DNA of 64,000 nt, taken from positions 1 through 64,000 of the IMG/VR virus record IMGVR_UViG_3300042868_007959; one strand, written 5' to 3'. Positions 9,054 through 18,570 of this stretch are shown here, piece by piece. The position numbers and the translations under genes are program-made. The stretch's first letter is position 1, and every line of letters begins with the position of its first letter. The notes beneath the pieces are model-generated. The model was not told the origin of the DNA. It saw only the letters and a list, made by a program, of their open reading frames with translations, and searched no databases.

Positions 9054-9605
9054 TTACCAGTTAAAATATAAATTTCTATCTATATCTATTCGTTTTCTAG
9101 TTTCTGGTAAAGGTAATCTTAATTCTTTAAGAATAATATTATGATTTGTTAAAATCTGATGTTCCAAATAATTAATACTAAGTCCTATACCACTTTTATA
9201 AGTATTAATTCCAGTAATTTCTAAATTTCTAATAAATTCATAACTATTTGGTAATAAAAAATCTGGTTCATAGGACTGACCGTAAAAATGTCTGTTAGGT
9301 ATATGTTGACTATATGACTTTTCCATCATTTCCCTATTGATATCATAAACCACTATATCCCATACATACCAAAAATATTCTTCTTTAACACATAAATTAT
9401 TGATGAAATGTTCATAAAATCTACCTATTATAGAAAAAAGGAAATTATTGGTAATATTTTTATCTTCAACACCCAAAGGATGTAAATTAAGTACGTCTAC
9501 CCCATCATCAAAAAATACATACCCCCAACGGTTTCCTGATGGGAAACGTTCTAATGAAAAATCGTGTAAACCTATTACTTTATCTGCGTATTTTTTTGGG
9601 TCCAT
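9054..9605 (-). CDS. Hypothetical protein
   Basis: ORF track; consensus host-type promoter at 9610-9641. Confidence 0.75.
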   Translation of the reverse strand: MDPKKYADKVIGLHDFSLERFPSGNRWGYVFFDDGVDVLNLHPLGVEDKNITNNFLFSIIGRFYEHFINNLCVKEEYFWYVWDIVVYDINREMMEKSYSQHIPNRHFYGQSYEPDFLLPNSYEFIRNLEITGINTYKSGIGLSINYLEHQILTNHNIILKELRLPLPETRKRIDIDRNLYFNW

Positions 9606-9609
9606 AAGA

Positions 9610-9641
9610 CAAATATAGACAAATAAAATAATAAAATCAAA
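9610..9641 (-). promoter_or_regulatory. Bacteroidota primary-sigma promoter
   Basis: TTTG-N20-TATATTTG. Confidence 0.85.
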
Positions 9642-9646
9642 TTATA

Positions 9647-10468
9647 TTAGGATTTCTTAATGTCCTTACTCTGATCCTCTACAAATGATTCTTTAATACC
9701 TGTATCTTTTAAAAACTTTTTGTGAGACTCCTTATAAGATTTTTGTGTTTCATCATCCGAATTTTTGGTGAACTGCCAATTCCAATAAAGTGAATCGTTT
9801 ATCTTAAACCCATAATACTCATGACTTTCTTTTTGTGTATCAACAACGTTATTACCATTCCAGTTCTGTCCCGTACAAATATACCCAGACTCAATATTTT
9901 TAATTAAATTAGATTCACCTAACGTTGTGTGTCTATTTTGAATCCATGTAAGTCTTTCCATTAAGTTTTGGTAGTACATATTTGCCTGTCCCCATCTTAC
10001 AGATGAAAAGAATACCACCGCATCTGATTCAAATAACTCCTTACTAATTTTCCATAGTTCATCGGAAGGTTCATTTATATTCACCCAACACCTATGAAAA
10101 CCAGAAGGATTTTTAGACTTATCCTTTAACATTGCCTTTAGTATACCACAACTGTTCCCATCTTTTCTTGATACGTTACCCTCACAAGGTAATATTTTCA
10201 TTTCTGTTACATCCATAAATTCTACAATATCACCTAACTCTTCTTTTATGTATAAGGCAATTAATCTAGATTTAGGTATATCGATATTATCATCATCGAA
10301 CTGATATCTATTAGAACAAGAAAGTAATAAAACTTTCTTTTTTTTCTTTAACTCATCTATTGTTTTTTTAAGGTTTCTAAAACTTGCGGTATTTGGTGAA
10401 TCATCTTTTGATTCAGACACAATACGCATCATATCTTTTATCCTATTTAATTCTTCTTGTAAATTCAT
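9647..10468 (-). CDS. Leader + flavodoxin-like FMN reductase / iron-sulfur flavoprotein family protein
   Basis: VLLLSCSNR, ILPCEG..C..C, ESDAVVFFSSVRWG..QNLMERL; start moved to MNLQEE. Confidence 0.8.
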   Translation of the reverse strand: MNLQEELNRIKDMMRIVSESKDDSPNTASFRNLKKTIDELKKKKKVLLLSCSNRYQFDDDNIDIPKSRLIALYIKEELGDIVEFMDVTEMKILPCEGNVSRKDGNSCGILKAMLKDKSKNPSGFHRCWVNINEPSDELWKISKELFESDAVVFFSSVRWGQANMYYQNLMERLTWIQNRHTTLGESNLIKNIESGYICTGQNWNGNNVVDTQKESHEYYGFKINDSLYWNWQFTKNSDDETQKSYKESHKKFLKDTGIKESFVEDQSKDIKKS

Positions 10469-10475
10469 AATAATT

Positions 10476-11084
10476 TTAATATCTTGTATTATTAGTGACA
10501 AAATCACCTAAGAATAATCTATAGTTATCCCATAATATTTTAAGATTTTTACCCTCAATATTAAACATATCGGAACAATAACTAACGAATTTTGGTGGTG
10601 GGGTTTCTAGGTTTAATAAATATAGGATATCTATATTCTCATTACTACTATATCTTAACGAAATACTATTGACAAAAAAAGGTACCTTTAATACTGAAGA
10701 GTTAACTTGATAGGTATCATCTTCAAGAATATTTAATATCTTATCTAAATACGTAACCATTCTATCATCCGATTCGTTAATAGTTTTTTTATTATAAACA
10801 ATATCTATTAAAAAATCTTTATATTTTTCCCATACATAATCGATTTGATTATCATCTTCTAACACATAATTATCATATAGATAATCTACTAATCCCAGTG
10901 GTATAGAATTATATCGTAAAATCCCTTTCATATTTGCTTCAGTAAATGCTCTATGGTTACTCCAAGGTAACTTAAAAAATAATAAGAATGTCGTATCGGC
11001 AAGAGATTGAGATTCTTGAAATTTCGTGTTGGTAATTAAATCATTAATGATATAATTTAAATATTTTTCTATTCTACTGTTCAT
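10476..11084 (-). CDS. Two-module polyprotein (INE|S)
   Basis: YLNYIINDLITNT...INESDDRMVTYLDKILNILEDDT. Confidence 0.75.
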   Translation of the reverse strand: MNSRIEKYLNYIINDLITNTKFQESQSLADTTFLLFFKLPWSNHRAFTEANMKGILRYNSIPLGLVDYLYDNYVLEDDNQIDYVWEKYKDFLIDIVYNKKTINESDDRMVTYLDKILNILEDDTYQVNSSVLKVPFFVNSISLRYSSNENIDILYLLNLETPPPKFVSYCSDMFNIEGKNLKILWDNYRLFLGDFVTNNTRY

Positions 11085-11754
11085 TTATAAAAATTTCTCC
11101 CATCTTATTCATTAATAAAACCGTTGATCCTAAACCAAAACTTGTTACTATCGAAGGATTTTTATTTGTGTACTCCCTAAATATTTCCAACATCTCTTTA
11201 AGGATATAGTCCATATATGTGTCACAAAATTTCTCAAATGACTCTACAGTACCATCATTTTCTAAGTATAGTCCATATGAATTTTTAAAATCATGTATTT
11301 TTACCACATACATATCACTTCTATCCTCGAATTGTTCATATGTCATACTTTCTAAAAGACTGTCAACAGTTTGATATATAATTTTAATTAATTTTTGTTT
11401 TAGATCCTCACTAAAACCGTCAAATTTTAAAAAATCTGATGGGTTACCCATCATCCATTGGTGATGTGAGGTAATATTTTCAGTAATAGTTTCTATATTA
11501 CCACCATATCTTCTATCTTTTAATTTTGAGACATATCTATCCCATACATATCTAACCTCTGATCGGGCAACCCCATAATTATCTTCAATATATTCCACAA
11601 ATAAAATGTAAGGTGTTCCTTGATTCTTTAAAAAATATTCCCAACCCACAACACCAAATGGTGAGATAAGTTTTAAAGGGAGATCACTAATTTTACTATC
11701 GTCTACTAAAAAATCAACAATTCTATTCAAATATTGTATGTTTCTAACACTCAT
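11074..11754 (-). CDS. Module-family protein (YLNRIVDFLVDD) plus a second segment after ITE|N
   Basis: Start moved to ATG 11754; TATTTAT at 11767-11774. Confidence 0.75.
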   Translation of the reverse strand: MSVRNIQYLNRIVDFLVDDSKISDLPLKLISPFGVVGWEYFLKNQGTPYILFVEYIEDNYGVARSEVRYVWDRYVSKLKDRRYGGNIETITENITSHHQWMMGNPSDFLKFDGFSEDLKQKLIKIIYQTVDSLLESMTYEQFEDRSDMYVVKIHDFKNSYGLYLENDGTVESFEKFCDTYMDYILKEMLEIFREYTNKNPSIVTSFGLGSTVLLMNKMGEIFINEQ

Positions 11755-11816
11755 ATATGTTTTTAAATAAATATCGTATAAAAACAAAAATATAAATGTA
11801 GATACGAATAGATTTA

Positions 11817-12065
11817 TTATTTTACAATTCTACTAATTAATAAATTAATCAGACTTTGTAACTCCTCAAAAGAATAGAATCTAATATTTGGATCAGTATT
11901 AAAAACATCAACATACCACTCATCATTTATTATTTCGTCATTTGATCTAGTAATGAATGTCAAACCATCTACTATGTCTAACGCATAGTAATAGGTATCA
12001 TCTTCATCATGTTCTTTCATTTCTTCTTTACTAAAACCCAATAGTTGTATTTCTCTTTCTGTCAT
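11817..12065 (-). CDS. Hypothetical protein
   Basis: ORF track. Confidence 0.7.
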   Translation of the reverse strand: MTEREIQLLGFSKEEMKEHDEDDTYYYALDIVDGLTFITRSNDEIINDEWYVDVFNTDPNIRFYSFEELQSLINLLISRIVK

Positions 12066-12104
12066 GTTTATTTTATATAAGGGTAAAAATTTTTTTTTAA
12101 TAAA

Positions 12105-13445
12105 TCAATGATATATAGGATCTCGTACACCCCATTCATTTATTAGTATTTGATTTATTTCATTAATATAATCTTCCCACACACTATATGATTCGTCTTT
12201 AGTTAATCCATAAGTGTCACTACAATAGTTAAAGAAATCCTCCCTATCGAAATGCATAATTCTACTATATACTAAATGAGTAAAAGGGACGAAGATATTT
12301 ATCCAATCCGATGGCCACATACGATGAGGTTCTATTTGTGTATCATTTACAATAAATTCTAAAACTTTATCTAAATAATTTTTTCTCCTATCATTAGATT
12401 CTTTTATTAACCTATCCCTTTTAGGAAATTTATCAAACATAATCTTACTATATTTTTCCCACACAACATCAAACTCTTCTGAAGTTGTACCATAATGTTT
12501 ATTACAGTAATCTGAAAATTCATTATAAAATACTTCATTCGGTGATAATAAGGACATAAATGAAGAATAAAAATTTATCGATGGGTATACTATCATTTGT
12601 AATTTAGGGACAATACTTGTATCACCAATTAAAGATTCTACAACCTTATCTAAAAATCTATTATTAGTTTCTACCGATTCATTAAGACTATTATCTTCCA
12701 TTTTATCCTCTAATTCTTTTTTTAATTTGGTGAATAATATTTTTATATACCTATTAAAAATTTCTAATATTAGAGATGTATCGGTTATTCCATACTGATT
12801 ACTTATGTAATTTACTTCTACATCATTTAATGGATAGTCTCCCATAAAATTTAAATGATAATCTGCCCCATTCCAATCCTCAGTATATATCTCACCATCA
12901 CCATAAAATGGATATACAATTCTCGCCACAGGTTCGTCTTTAATTGTTTTAATCTTATATTGAGTATCTTCTAACATAAAATTAACAATCTTATCTATAA
13001 CCATATTTTCTTTATCCCCTACAGATTCATTAAGACTATTTTCACTATAATCATCTGAATACCCTTCAGAGTTTTCATAATATATTGCCATACTCTTATC
13101 ATTATATTCGTATTTTTCCCAGTACCCATCACTCTCTTCATAATATATCATATTCCCCATTTCATCGTAATCTCTTAATGTCCACGGACCATTATCCCAC
13201 TCAACGTATAAAGGAAGTTTAGGTGGGTTAGTAGGGATATTAATAGATATAATTGTTGCCTCACTATTTATATTTCTATCTATTTCTAAAGAATTTTTAT
13301 CTTTATTAAAAAGTAATGAAAATACATCTAACCATTTATCGGTAGGTATTTTGAACATCCTTAAGTCCTCAATATAAGGGGGTTTCATAACACTTACTAC
13401 CTTTTGGGAGTAATTATCATCATTTATAGATTCATTAATTTTCAT
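12105..13445 (-). CDS. Four-module polyprotein with minimal leader MKINE
   Basis: LNESVGDK, LNESVETN and IKESNDRR junctions. Confidence 0.8.
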   Translation of the reverse strand: MKINESINDDNYSQKVVSVMKPPYIEDLRMFKIPTDKWLDVFSLLFNKDKNSLEIDRNINSEATIISINIPTNPPKLPLYVEWDNGPWTLRDYDEMGNMIYYEESDGYWEKYEYNDKSMAIYYENSEGYSDDYSENSLNESVGDKENMVIDKIVNFMLEDTQYKIKTIKDEPVARIVYPFYGDGEIYTEDWNGADYHLNFMGDYPLNDVEVNYISNQYGITDTSLILEIFNRYIKILFTKLKKELEDKMEDNSLNESVETNNRFLDKVVESLIGDTSIVPKLQMIVYPSINFYSSFMSLLSPNEVFYNEFSDYCNKHYGTTSEEFDVVWEKYSKIMFDKFPKRDRLIKESNDRRKNYLDKVLEFIVNDTQIEPHRMWPSDWINIFVPFTHLVYSRIMHFDREDFFNYCSDTYGLTKDESYSVWEDYINEINQILINEWGVRDPIYH

Positions 13446-13449
13446 ATAA

Positions 13450-13458
13450 TATAAATAT
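13450..13458 (-). promoter_or_regulatory. Putative phage late promoter ATATTTATA (representative of more than 25 copies)
   Basis: Same motif about 3-40 nt upstream of genes starting at 537, 2057, 13445, 24116, 27120, 35101, 39786, 40041, 43072, 48461 and 59709. Confidence 0.65.
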
Positions 13459-13467
13459 TACTATAAA

Positions 13468-13497
13468 TAAAAAAACCTCACCGTTTCTGATGAGGTT
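13468..13497 (-). terminator. Intrinsic terminator
   Basis: AACCTCA-N10-TGAGGTT followed by a U-tract on the minus strand. Confidence 0.65.
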
Positions 13498-13523
13498 AGT
13501 TTTTTGAAACCTTGTTGTTTATT

Positions 13524-14414
13524 TTATTTATTTTTTAGAAGTTCTATTAGTTCTTCTTTTGAGAGATTACTTAATTGTTCTTCATATGTTTCTTCTTTTA
13601 TTTCATTCCCACATTCAGGACAAAACTTCCAAGAAGACTTTTTAAGTTTTGTTAAACATTTCGAACATCTCTCAATTAAATCTTTTTTCTCTAATGGTTT
13701 CTGTGATTCTGGTAAAATCTTCCACACTGAAGTAGATACAGTCCATATATTAAAATTCTTATTTACTGTTTTAAATGTTTGATCACTTTCAGAACCTTTT
13801 TCCACTCTACCTGTCTCCACAGATTTAGATTTTTTTGAGAGACTTCTACTTCTTGGTTGTTGTTCAAATTTATTTGATCGTATATTATTACTAAAACTTA
13901 ATGTGTCATTAGTACTAGTTAAACTTACATCCATATTGGATTGTGAAGTATAGTTAAGATTTGAACTGTAAAAGTTATTACCAATTGGTGCCGTTAAATT
14001 GTTATTAATATAGGTTGGATTATAGGTTGGGTAAGTCGTAAATGAGTTTAACCTAACTTCGATTTGTTCTTCTTCCTCATAAAATAAAATTTCAACATCT
14101 CCATTGTTTGCAATTGCATTCATTGTTTCATTCGTTGAGTCCACTGTGTAAGTTTCAAACTTAAATTTGTTGGGGACATCAATGTACCTCTCAAGAAATA
14201 CTCTTTCACCTGGTCGTAATATAATACCACCACCGTTAATAAATTCTCCGTTTATTTTGATTTTTGATAGGACGTTTTTTCTTGATGGGTTATAAAGTTC
14301 TACTTCGAACTCCGATCCGTCCTTTAGATAAACACTCTGACCGAATTGTTTAACTCTTTGTTTTTCTTTTGTGATGTACGCACATGGTACATCATTGTTT
14401 AATTTGTAATTCAT
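13524..14414 (-). CDS. Conserved phage protein with C-terminal zinc ribbon
   Basis: EFEVELYNP..GIILRPGERVFLERY domain; CSKC..CPEC; likely start MNYKL. Confidence 0.75.
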   Translation of the reverse strand: MNYKLNNDVPCAYITKEKQRVKQFGQSVYLKDGSEFEVELYNPSRKNVLSKIKINGEFINGGGIILRPGERVFLERYIDVPNKFKFETYTVDSTNETMNAIANNGDVEILFYEEEEQIEVRLNSFTTYPTYNPTYINNNLTAPIGNNFYSSNLNYTSQSNMDVSLTSTNDTLSFSNNIRSNKFEQQPRSRSLSKKSKSVETGRVEKGSESDQTFKTVNKNFNIWTVSTSVWKILPESQKPLEKKDLIERCSKCLTKLKKSSWKFCPECGNEIKEETYEEQLSNLSKEELIELLKNK

Positions 14415-14561
14415 TTTCCTTATTTTATTTTTTATTATTATTGAACTCCGATTTGTTGGTATCTTTTCCAACTCAAATGACACAAGGACACTCGGAACCC
14501 AGTAACAAGGTTTCAATTATAAATATAAGGTATTTTTATTTTATTGTAAATAGTAAAATAT

Positions 14562-15014
14562 TTACCACCAACTGAACCCACCGAATTTAGTGGCATTAAA
14601 ACCAAATTTTTTATTCAATATAGATACTAATTCAGATTCCCATAATTTAGTCTTATTAAAATAATTGTTTAAAGTCTCCATCATCTCTTCACTAATAACA
14701 ATCATATCAAAATTAGTGTCCATAGCATATGTAATATCAGGTCTTTCGTAACAAGGTTCTGGTAGTTCATCGGAAAGTTCTTTAGGGTAATTACCATCCC
14801 CCCTATATCCTTTCCTCACAAGTTTAAAAATATAATCATCATGATTATCAGATTCAGGTAATACAAAACCAATTGCGTAAGGATCACAACAAATCCCCAT
14901 ACCACAGTTGTATTCCGCCCAATCCATCCATGAATCAGTTAAATTAGGGTATTCAATATCTAGTACTCTCTCTATAGTACTAATCATTTTACTTTCTGTT
15001 ATAATAATTTTCAT
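14562..15014 (-). CDS. Hypothetical protein with leader MKIIITE
   Basis: ORF track. Confidence 0.8.
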   Translation of the reverse strand: MKIIITESKMISTIERVLDIEYPNLTDSWMDWAEYNCGMGICCDPYAIGFVLPESDNHDDYIFKLVRKGYRGDGNYPKELSDELPEPCYERPDITYAMDTNFDMIVISEEMMETLNNYFNKTKLWESELVSILNKKFGFNATKFGGFSWW

Positions 15015-15337
15015 TTGTTAAAAATTTCAAGGTATAAATCTATTATGTATTGTCCATACCAATTCCAAATTTTATTTGATGTATCAAAATCCAATCCGTA
15101 ATGTCTATCCATAATCGTATAAAAACATTCAGGTACCAACTCAAAAAACGGATTATACCTTGAATGGTTTAAATGTATAGATATGTTACAATCAAATAAA
15201 TACCAATGGTATCCTTTTAGTTCTGTATTGGTTATTATGTCATTTATGACATAATCATTAAATCTTTTATTATCACTTATATTTACAGATTCATTAATAA
15301 GTCTTTTGAATTGATTTTCTGTTATAATAATCTTCAT
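15011..15337 (-). CDS. Leader + single module (MKIIITENQFKRLINE|SV)
   Basis: Start moved to ATG 15337; module motifs present. Confidence 0.8.
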   Translation of the reverse strand: MKIIITENQFKRLINESVNISDNKRFNDYVINDIITNTELKGYHWYLFDCNISIHLNHSRYNPFFELVPECFYTIMDRHYGLDFDTSNKIWNWYGQYIIDLYLEIFNK

Positions 15338-15651
15338 TTTAAAAATCCCCAATCTTGTATTTCATATAATTTTTGCATATATAGTTTCCAAACAATAAGA
15401 CACTCCTGTCCAGTAAGACCATAGGTGTCCTTACAATAATGATCAAAATAAATTAACTGAGAATCTAATCCACTATATACGGTGTTGTCTAATAAACCAA
15501 ATGTATGTTTAAAAACTGATCTAAATCCTGTTCTACCTGCAGTACTTCTACCATTACCTATATAATAAGGTGGATTAAACCAAGTATTACCTATTTCGGT
15601 ATCATCCACAAGGTACTCCACAATCTTATTTAAATATATCTCTTTATCCAT
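15334..15651 (-). CDS. Single leaderless module (YLNKIVEYLVDDT...YCKDTYGL..VWKLY)
   Basis: Full module consensus. Confidence 0.8.
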   Translation of the reverse strand: MDKEIYLNKIVEYLVDDTEIGNTWFNPPYYIGNGRSTAGRTGFRSVFKHTFGLLDNTVYSGLDSQLIYFDHYCKDTYGLTGQECLIVWKLYMQKLYEIQDWGFLK

Positions 15652-15658
15652 AACAGTC

Positions 15659-15982
15659 TTAAAGTTTTTTCATGTCTACTCCACCAGCACTACCCTCAGT
15701 TTTGGAACTTCTTGCAAAACCAATTACTGAAGTTACATTTTCTTTAGATAAAGTTTTCTCCACACCATTTTTACTTTTCACAATACATCCACCGTCACTT
15801 GTTTTGGAGATATCCGCAACATTTATATCCATATAATATTTGGAGAATCTAATTATAGTAGTTCTATCATCAGTACTTACAGAAACAGTTCCGTCATTAT
15901 TTACTTTAAATGTTGCACCATATAAAACGAAATTTTCGTTAATAAGTCTTTTGAATTGATTTTCCGATATAATAATTTTCAT
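15659..15982 (-). CDS. Hypothetical protein with leader MKIIISENQFKRLINE
   Basis: Leader DNA 43/47 identical to that of 15011..15337. Confidence 0.8.
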   Translation of the reverse strand: MKIIISENQFKRLINENFVLYGATFKVNNDGTVSVSTDDRTTIIRFSKYYMDINVADISKTSDGGCIVKSKNGVEKTLSKENVTSVIGFARSSKTEGSAGGVDMKKL

Positions 15983-16005
15983 TATATTTTGTTTTTATAT
16001 AAACA

Positions 16006-16830
16006 TCACTTAAGTAAGTTATAGTACTCTTTGAAGTGTTTTATTCTATCAGGTAAACCAATTGTACCCCCATTTACTCTTTTTGTGACTGCGGTTACTG
16101 TTGAATCGTCCGCACCTTTGTCACAGATACTCCATAACTTATTAGAATCAAAAAAGAACGCCGCAGATGCCAATGGATACTTAGTCGCAACCAAATCAGG
16201 GTTAGAAACACAATCTTCACCGATAAATTTGGTAAAATTAGTGTAATTTGACTTACCAGTTAACTGAATATACCCTCTACCTCTAAATTTAAACCCTTCT
16301 TTGGTAGTTTCGTCACCATTACCCATTCTACTTGCGTAAACACGAGCCGCAATCTTCTCAGGTTGACGTGCATATGACTCATTTAAGTTACCTGGAAAGT
16401 ATTTACCAAATATTTTCTTCAAACCGTCCGCAGAATAGTTTAAATTCTCTGAAACTGCCTTAAAACCACCTGATTCGTGACCACATTGAGCTAAAAAGTG
16501 AGCTAAACGTAAGTTATTTGTAATATTAAACTTTTTTGCAGTCTCAGGAATCTGTGCAATGACAGAATCAGGTATATGACCCTTTAATTTTTCAATATTT
16601 AATGACCCACCTGAAGGAATTACAACATCTTCTTTTATTATTACGGTTGACCCAAACATTTTTAACCATGTTCCGTCACCAACAACACCATCTGAGGTTA
16701 ATCCATTAGCCGATTGCCATTCTTTTACCGCTTTTTCTGTTCCGGGTCCGAATGATCCATCCGCAGTAAGACCTAATTTTGTTTGGAGTTTTTTTACGTC
16801 TTCTCCTTTAGACCCATTTTTTAATAACAT
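16006..16830 (-). CDS. Endolysin: PG-binding domain + glycoside hydrolase family 19
   Basis: RLAHFLAQCGHESGGF, FRGRGYIQLTGKSNY, VTKRVNGGTIGLPDR. Confidence 0.93.
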   Translation of the reverse strand: MLLKNGSKGEDVKKLQTKLGLTADGSFGPGTEKAVKEWQSANGLTSDGVVGDGTWLKMFGSTVIIKEDVVIPSGGSLNIEKLKGHIPDSVIAQIPETAKKFNITNNLRLAHFLAQCGHESGGFKAVSENLNYSADGLKKIFGKYFPGNLNESYARQPEKIAARVYASRMGNGDETTKEGFKFRGRGYIQLTGKSNYTNFTKFIGEDCVSNPDLVATKYPLASAAFFFDSNKLWSICDKGADDSTVTAVTKRVNGGTIGLPDRIKHFKEYYNLLK

Positions 16831-16896
16831 AACCTTTAATTTTATAATAAATATTCTAAAAATATTTTAAATCTTTTTTTAGTGAATATATGTAAT

Positions 16897-16924
16897 AAAA
16901 AAAACCCAGTATTTTAACTGGGTT
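16897..16924 (-). terminator. Intrinsic terminator between the TCS operon and the endolysin
   Basis: AACCCAGT-N6-ACTGGGTT plus U-tract. Confidence 0.75.
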
Positions 16925-16952
16925 CTTATTTTAATTAAATATTCTCATCTTC

Positions 16953-17435
16953 TTAGTTTATTTCACCATCTACCGATGATTCTTCTGTAGGGTACTCCTC
17001 AACAACCAAAGGAGTTTCTTCTTTAACTTGTGTATCTACAACAGTTGATCCTTGTGGTGGTCTTGGTGTTGTCGGATATTCCGCAACATTAGAAAAACTA
17101 TTTCCGTCTTCCTCATCAACTTTCTGAATTAACATCTTATCTCTGTCTTCAGAGTTGAACCAATAATCAACAACTTTATTAAGATTACCTACGAAGGCCC
17201 CGAATAAAATTAACAACATTTCTTTCCAGTTTTCTGCAATTTCAATTTGAAACATAACTGCCATATTAATACCAAAAATAATGAAGAAAAACAAGAATAA
17301 AATAATCCCTGTAATCTTCCATCTATTAGATTGCATTTGTTGCAACATATAATAGAAACGATTTTTATCCTCCACTTTAACATAAGGAGTTTCCCCGAAT
17401 AACATTTTTTTTAATCTACTTACCATTTTTTTCAT
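16953..17435 (-). CDS. Two-TM membrane protein, holin-like
   Basis: Two hydrophobic helices; LFGAFVGNLNKVVDYWFNS resembles phage holin motifs; next to the endolysin. Confidence 0.5.
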   Translation of the reverse strand: MKKMVSRLKKMLFGETPYVKVEDKNRFYYMLQQMQSNRWKITGIILFLFFFIIFGINMAVMFQIEIAENWKEMLLILFGAFVGNLNKVVDYWFNSEDRDKMLIQKVDEEDGNSFSNVAEYPTTPRPPQGSTVVDTQVKEETPLVVEEYPTEESSVDGEIN

Positions 17436-17443
17436 TTTTTTTA

Positions 17444-18124
17444 TTATTTATCTTTGTTAGGACTTGCACCATATTTTACCCCAAGTATTGTCCCCACTAT
17501 ACTGAAACTATTTGTTAACAGAATACCAAACATATTACTCCAAGTGGATCCAATAATCTCAGTATCCTTTCCTATTGTCATAGAATAAACATATATTCCC
17601 GTTGTGACACACCCAACACCTATAATTACATAAAGTGCAACCTTAACAATATTATTAATCAACTCAAACTGAGTTTTCTTTTGAACTATATCTAAATTGT
17701 TTTCTGCCTCATTTTTAGCATTTTCTGCAACGACTCTTGCCTGTTCAGATTGTTTCATAGCCTCAATCAGTTCGGCACTTATTTTTTCATTCTCTAGTTT
17801 CCATTCAAGAAGTTCAGAGTTTTGACTTTCAATCCGATTGTTTTGATCCTCCATACTGGTTAAAGTATTTTGGAGTTCCTCCACCATTCTTTGGTTTTCA
17901 TCGTTGAGTATAGTCAAATCTTTGTTCTGAACCTGAACCTGTTTGGTTACCTCCAAACGTTTACGTCTAGAATCTTTATCTTTATCCGTACATTTTTTTA
18001 AATAGTCTTTAAACAAATCGTTGTCCGATTCAAACAACTTAATAATGTTTCCTTCAAGTCCGATATTCTTGGACTCAAAGAGTTTAATTAAATTGTTTTC
18101 ACTATTTTTATCTAACTTTATCAT
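17444..18124 (-). CDS. Coiled-coil protein with two C-terminal TM helices
   Basis: Long heptad region then two hydrophobic segments; ATGA overlap with the receiver gene. Confidence 0.7.
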   Translation of the reverse strand: MIKLDKNSENNLIKLFESKNIGLEGNIIKLFESDNDLFKDYLKKCTDKDKDSRRKRLEVTKQVQVQNKDLTILNDENQRMVEELQNTLTSMEDQNNRIESQNSELLEWKLENEKISAELIEAMKQSEQARVVAENAKNEAENNLDIVQKKTQFELINNIVKVALYVIIGVGCVTTGIYVYSMTIGKDTEIIGSTWSNMFGILLTNSFSIVGTILGVKYGASPNKDK

Positions 18125-18558
18125 TTATATACTTTGAAAGGTAAGGTTCTATTTTTATAACCTTCATAATCTTTTCTGAACTCCTCTAAACGTGGCTCAA
18201 TGTCGTCAGATTTGATAATCCAAAACTGAGCTCCCGCTTGAACTGCCTTTGATTGTTCTTCTGGTTCGTTTGATGATGAAATAATTCCAACAACTACGTG
18301 ATTACCGTATTCAAAATTAATTTTTCTAATTAATTCTATACCATCAAAAGAACTACCAATGATGTTTAAATCAACAAACACACAATCAGGTTTATCATTA
18401 TCATCCCCACTTTTGAACCATTTTTCGAATTTTTTTGCCGCTTCGTCAGAACTATTTAACGCGTTTAAAGACAAACTTATGTCAAGTAACGAACAAGCGT
18501 CCTCAAATACTAAATGGAATAAATCCTCGTCATCCACCAATAAAATTGAATCAATCAT
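18121..18558 (-). CDS. Stand-alone response regulator receiver domain
   Basis: ILLVDDE, VFVDLNI (phospho-Asp), ISSS, IIKS; no output domain. Confidence 0.92.
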   Translation of the reverse strand: MIDSILLVDDEDLFHLVFEDACSLLDISLSLNALNSSDEAAKKFEKWFKSGDDNDKPDCVFVDLNIIGSSFDGIELIRKINFEYGNHVVVGIISSSNEPEEQSKAVQAGAQFWIIKSDDIEPRLEEFRKDYEGYKNRTLPFKVYK

Positions 18559-18570
18559 TTTTTTCTTTTT

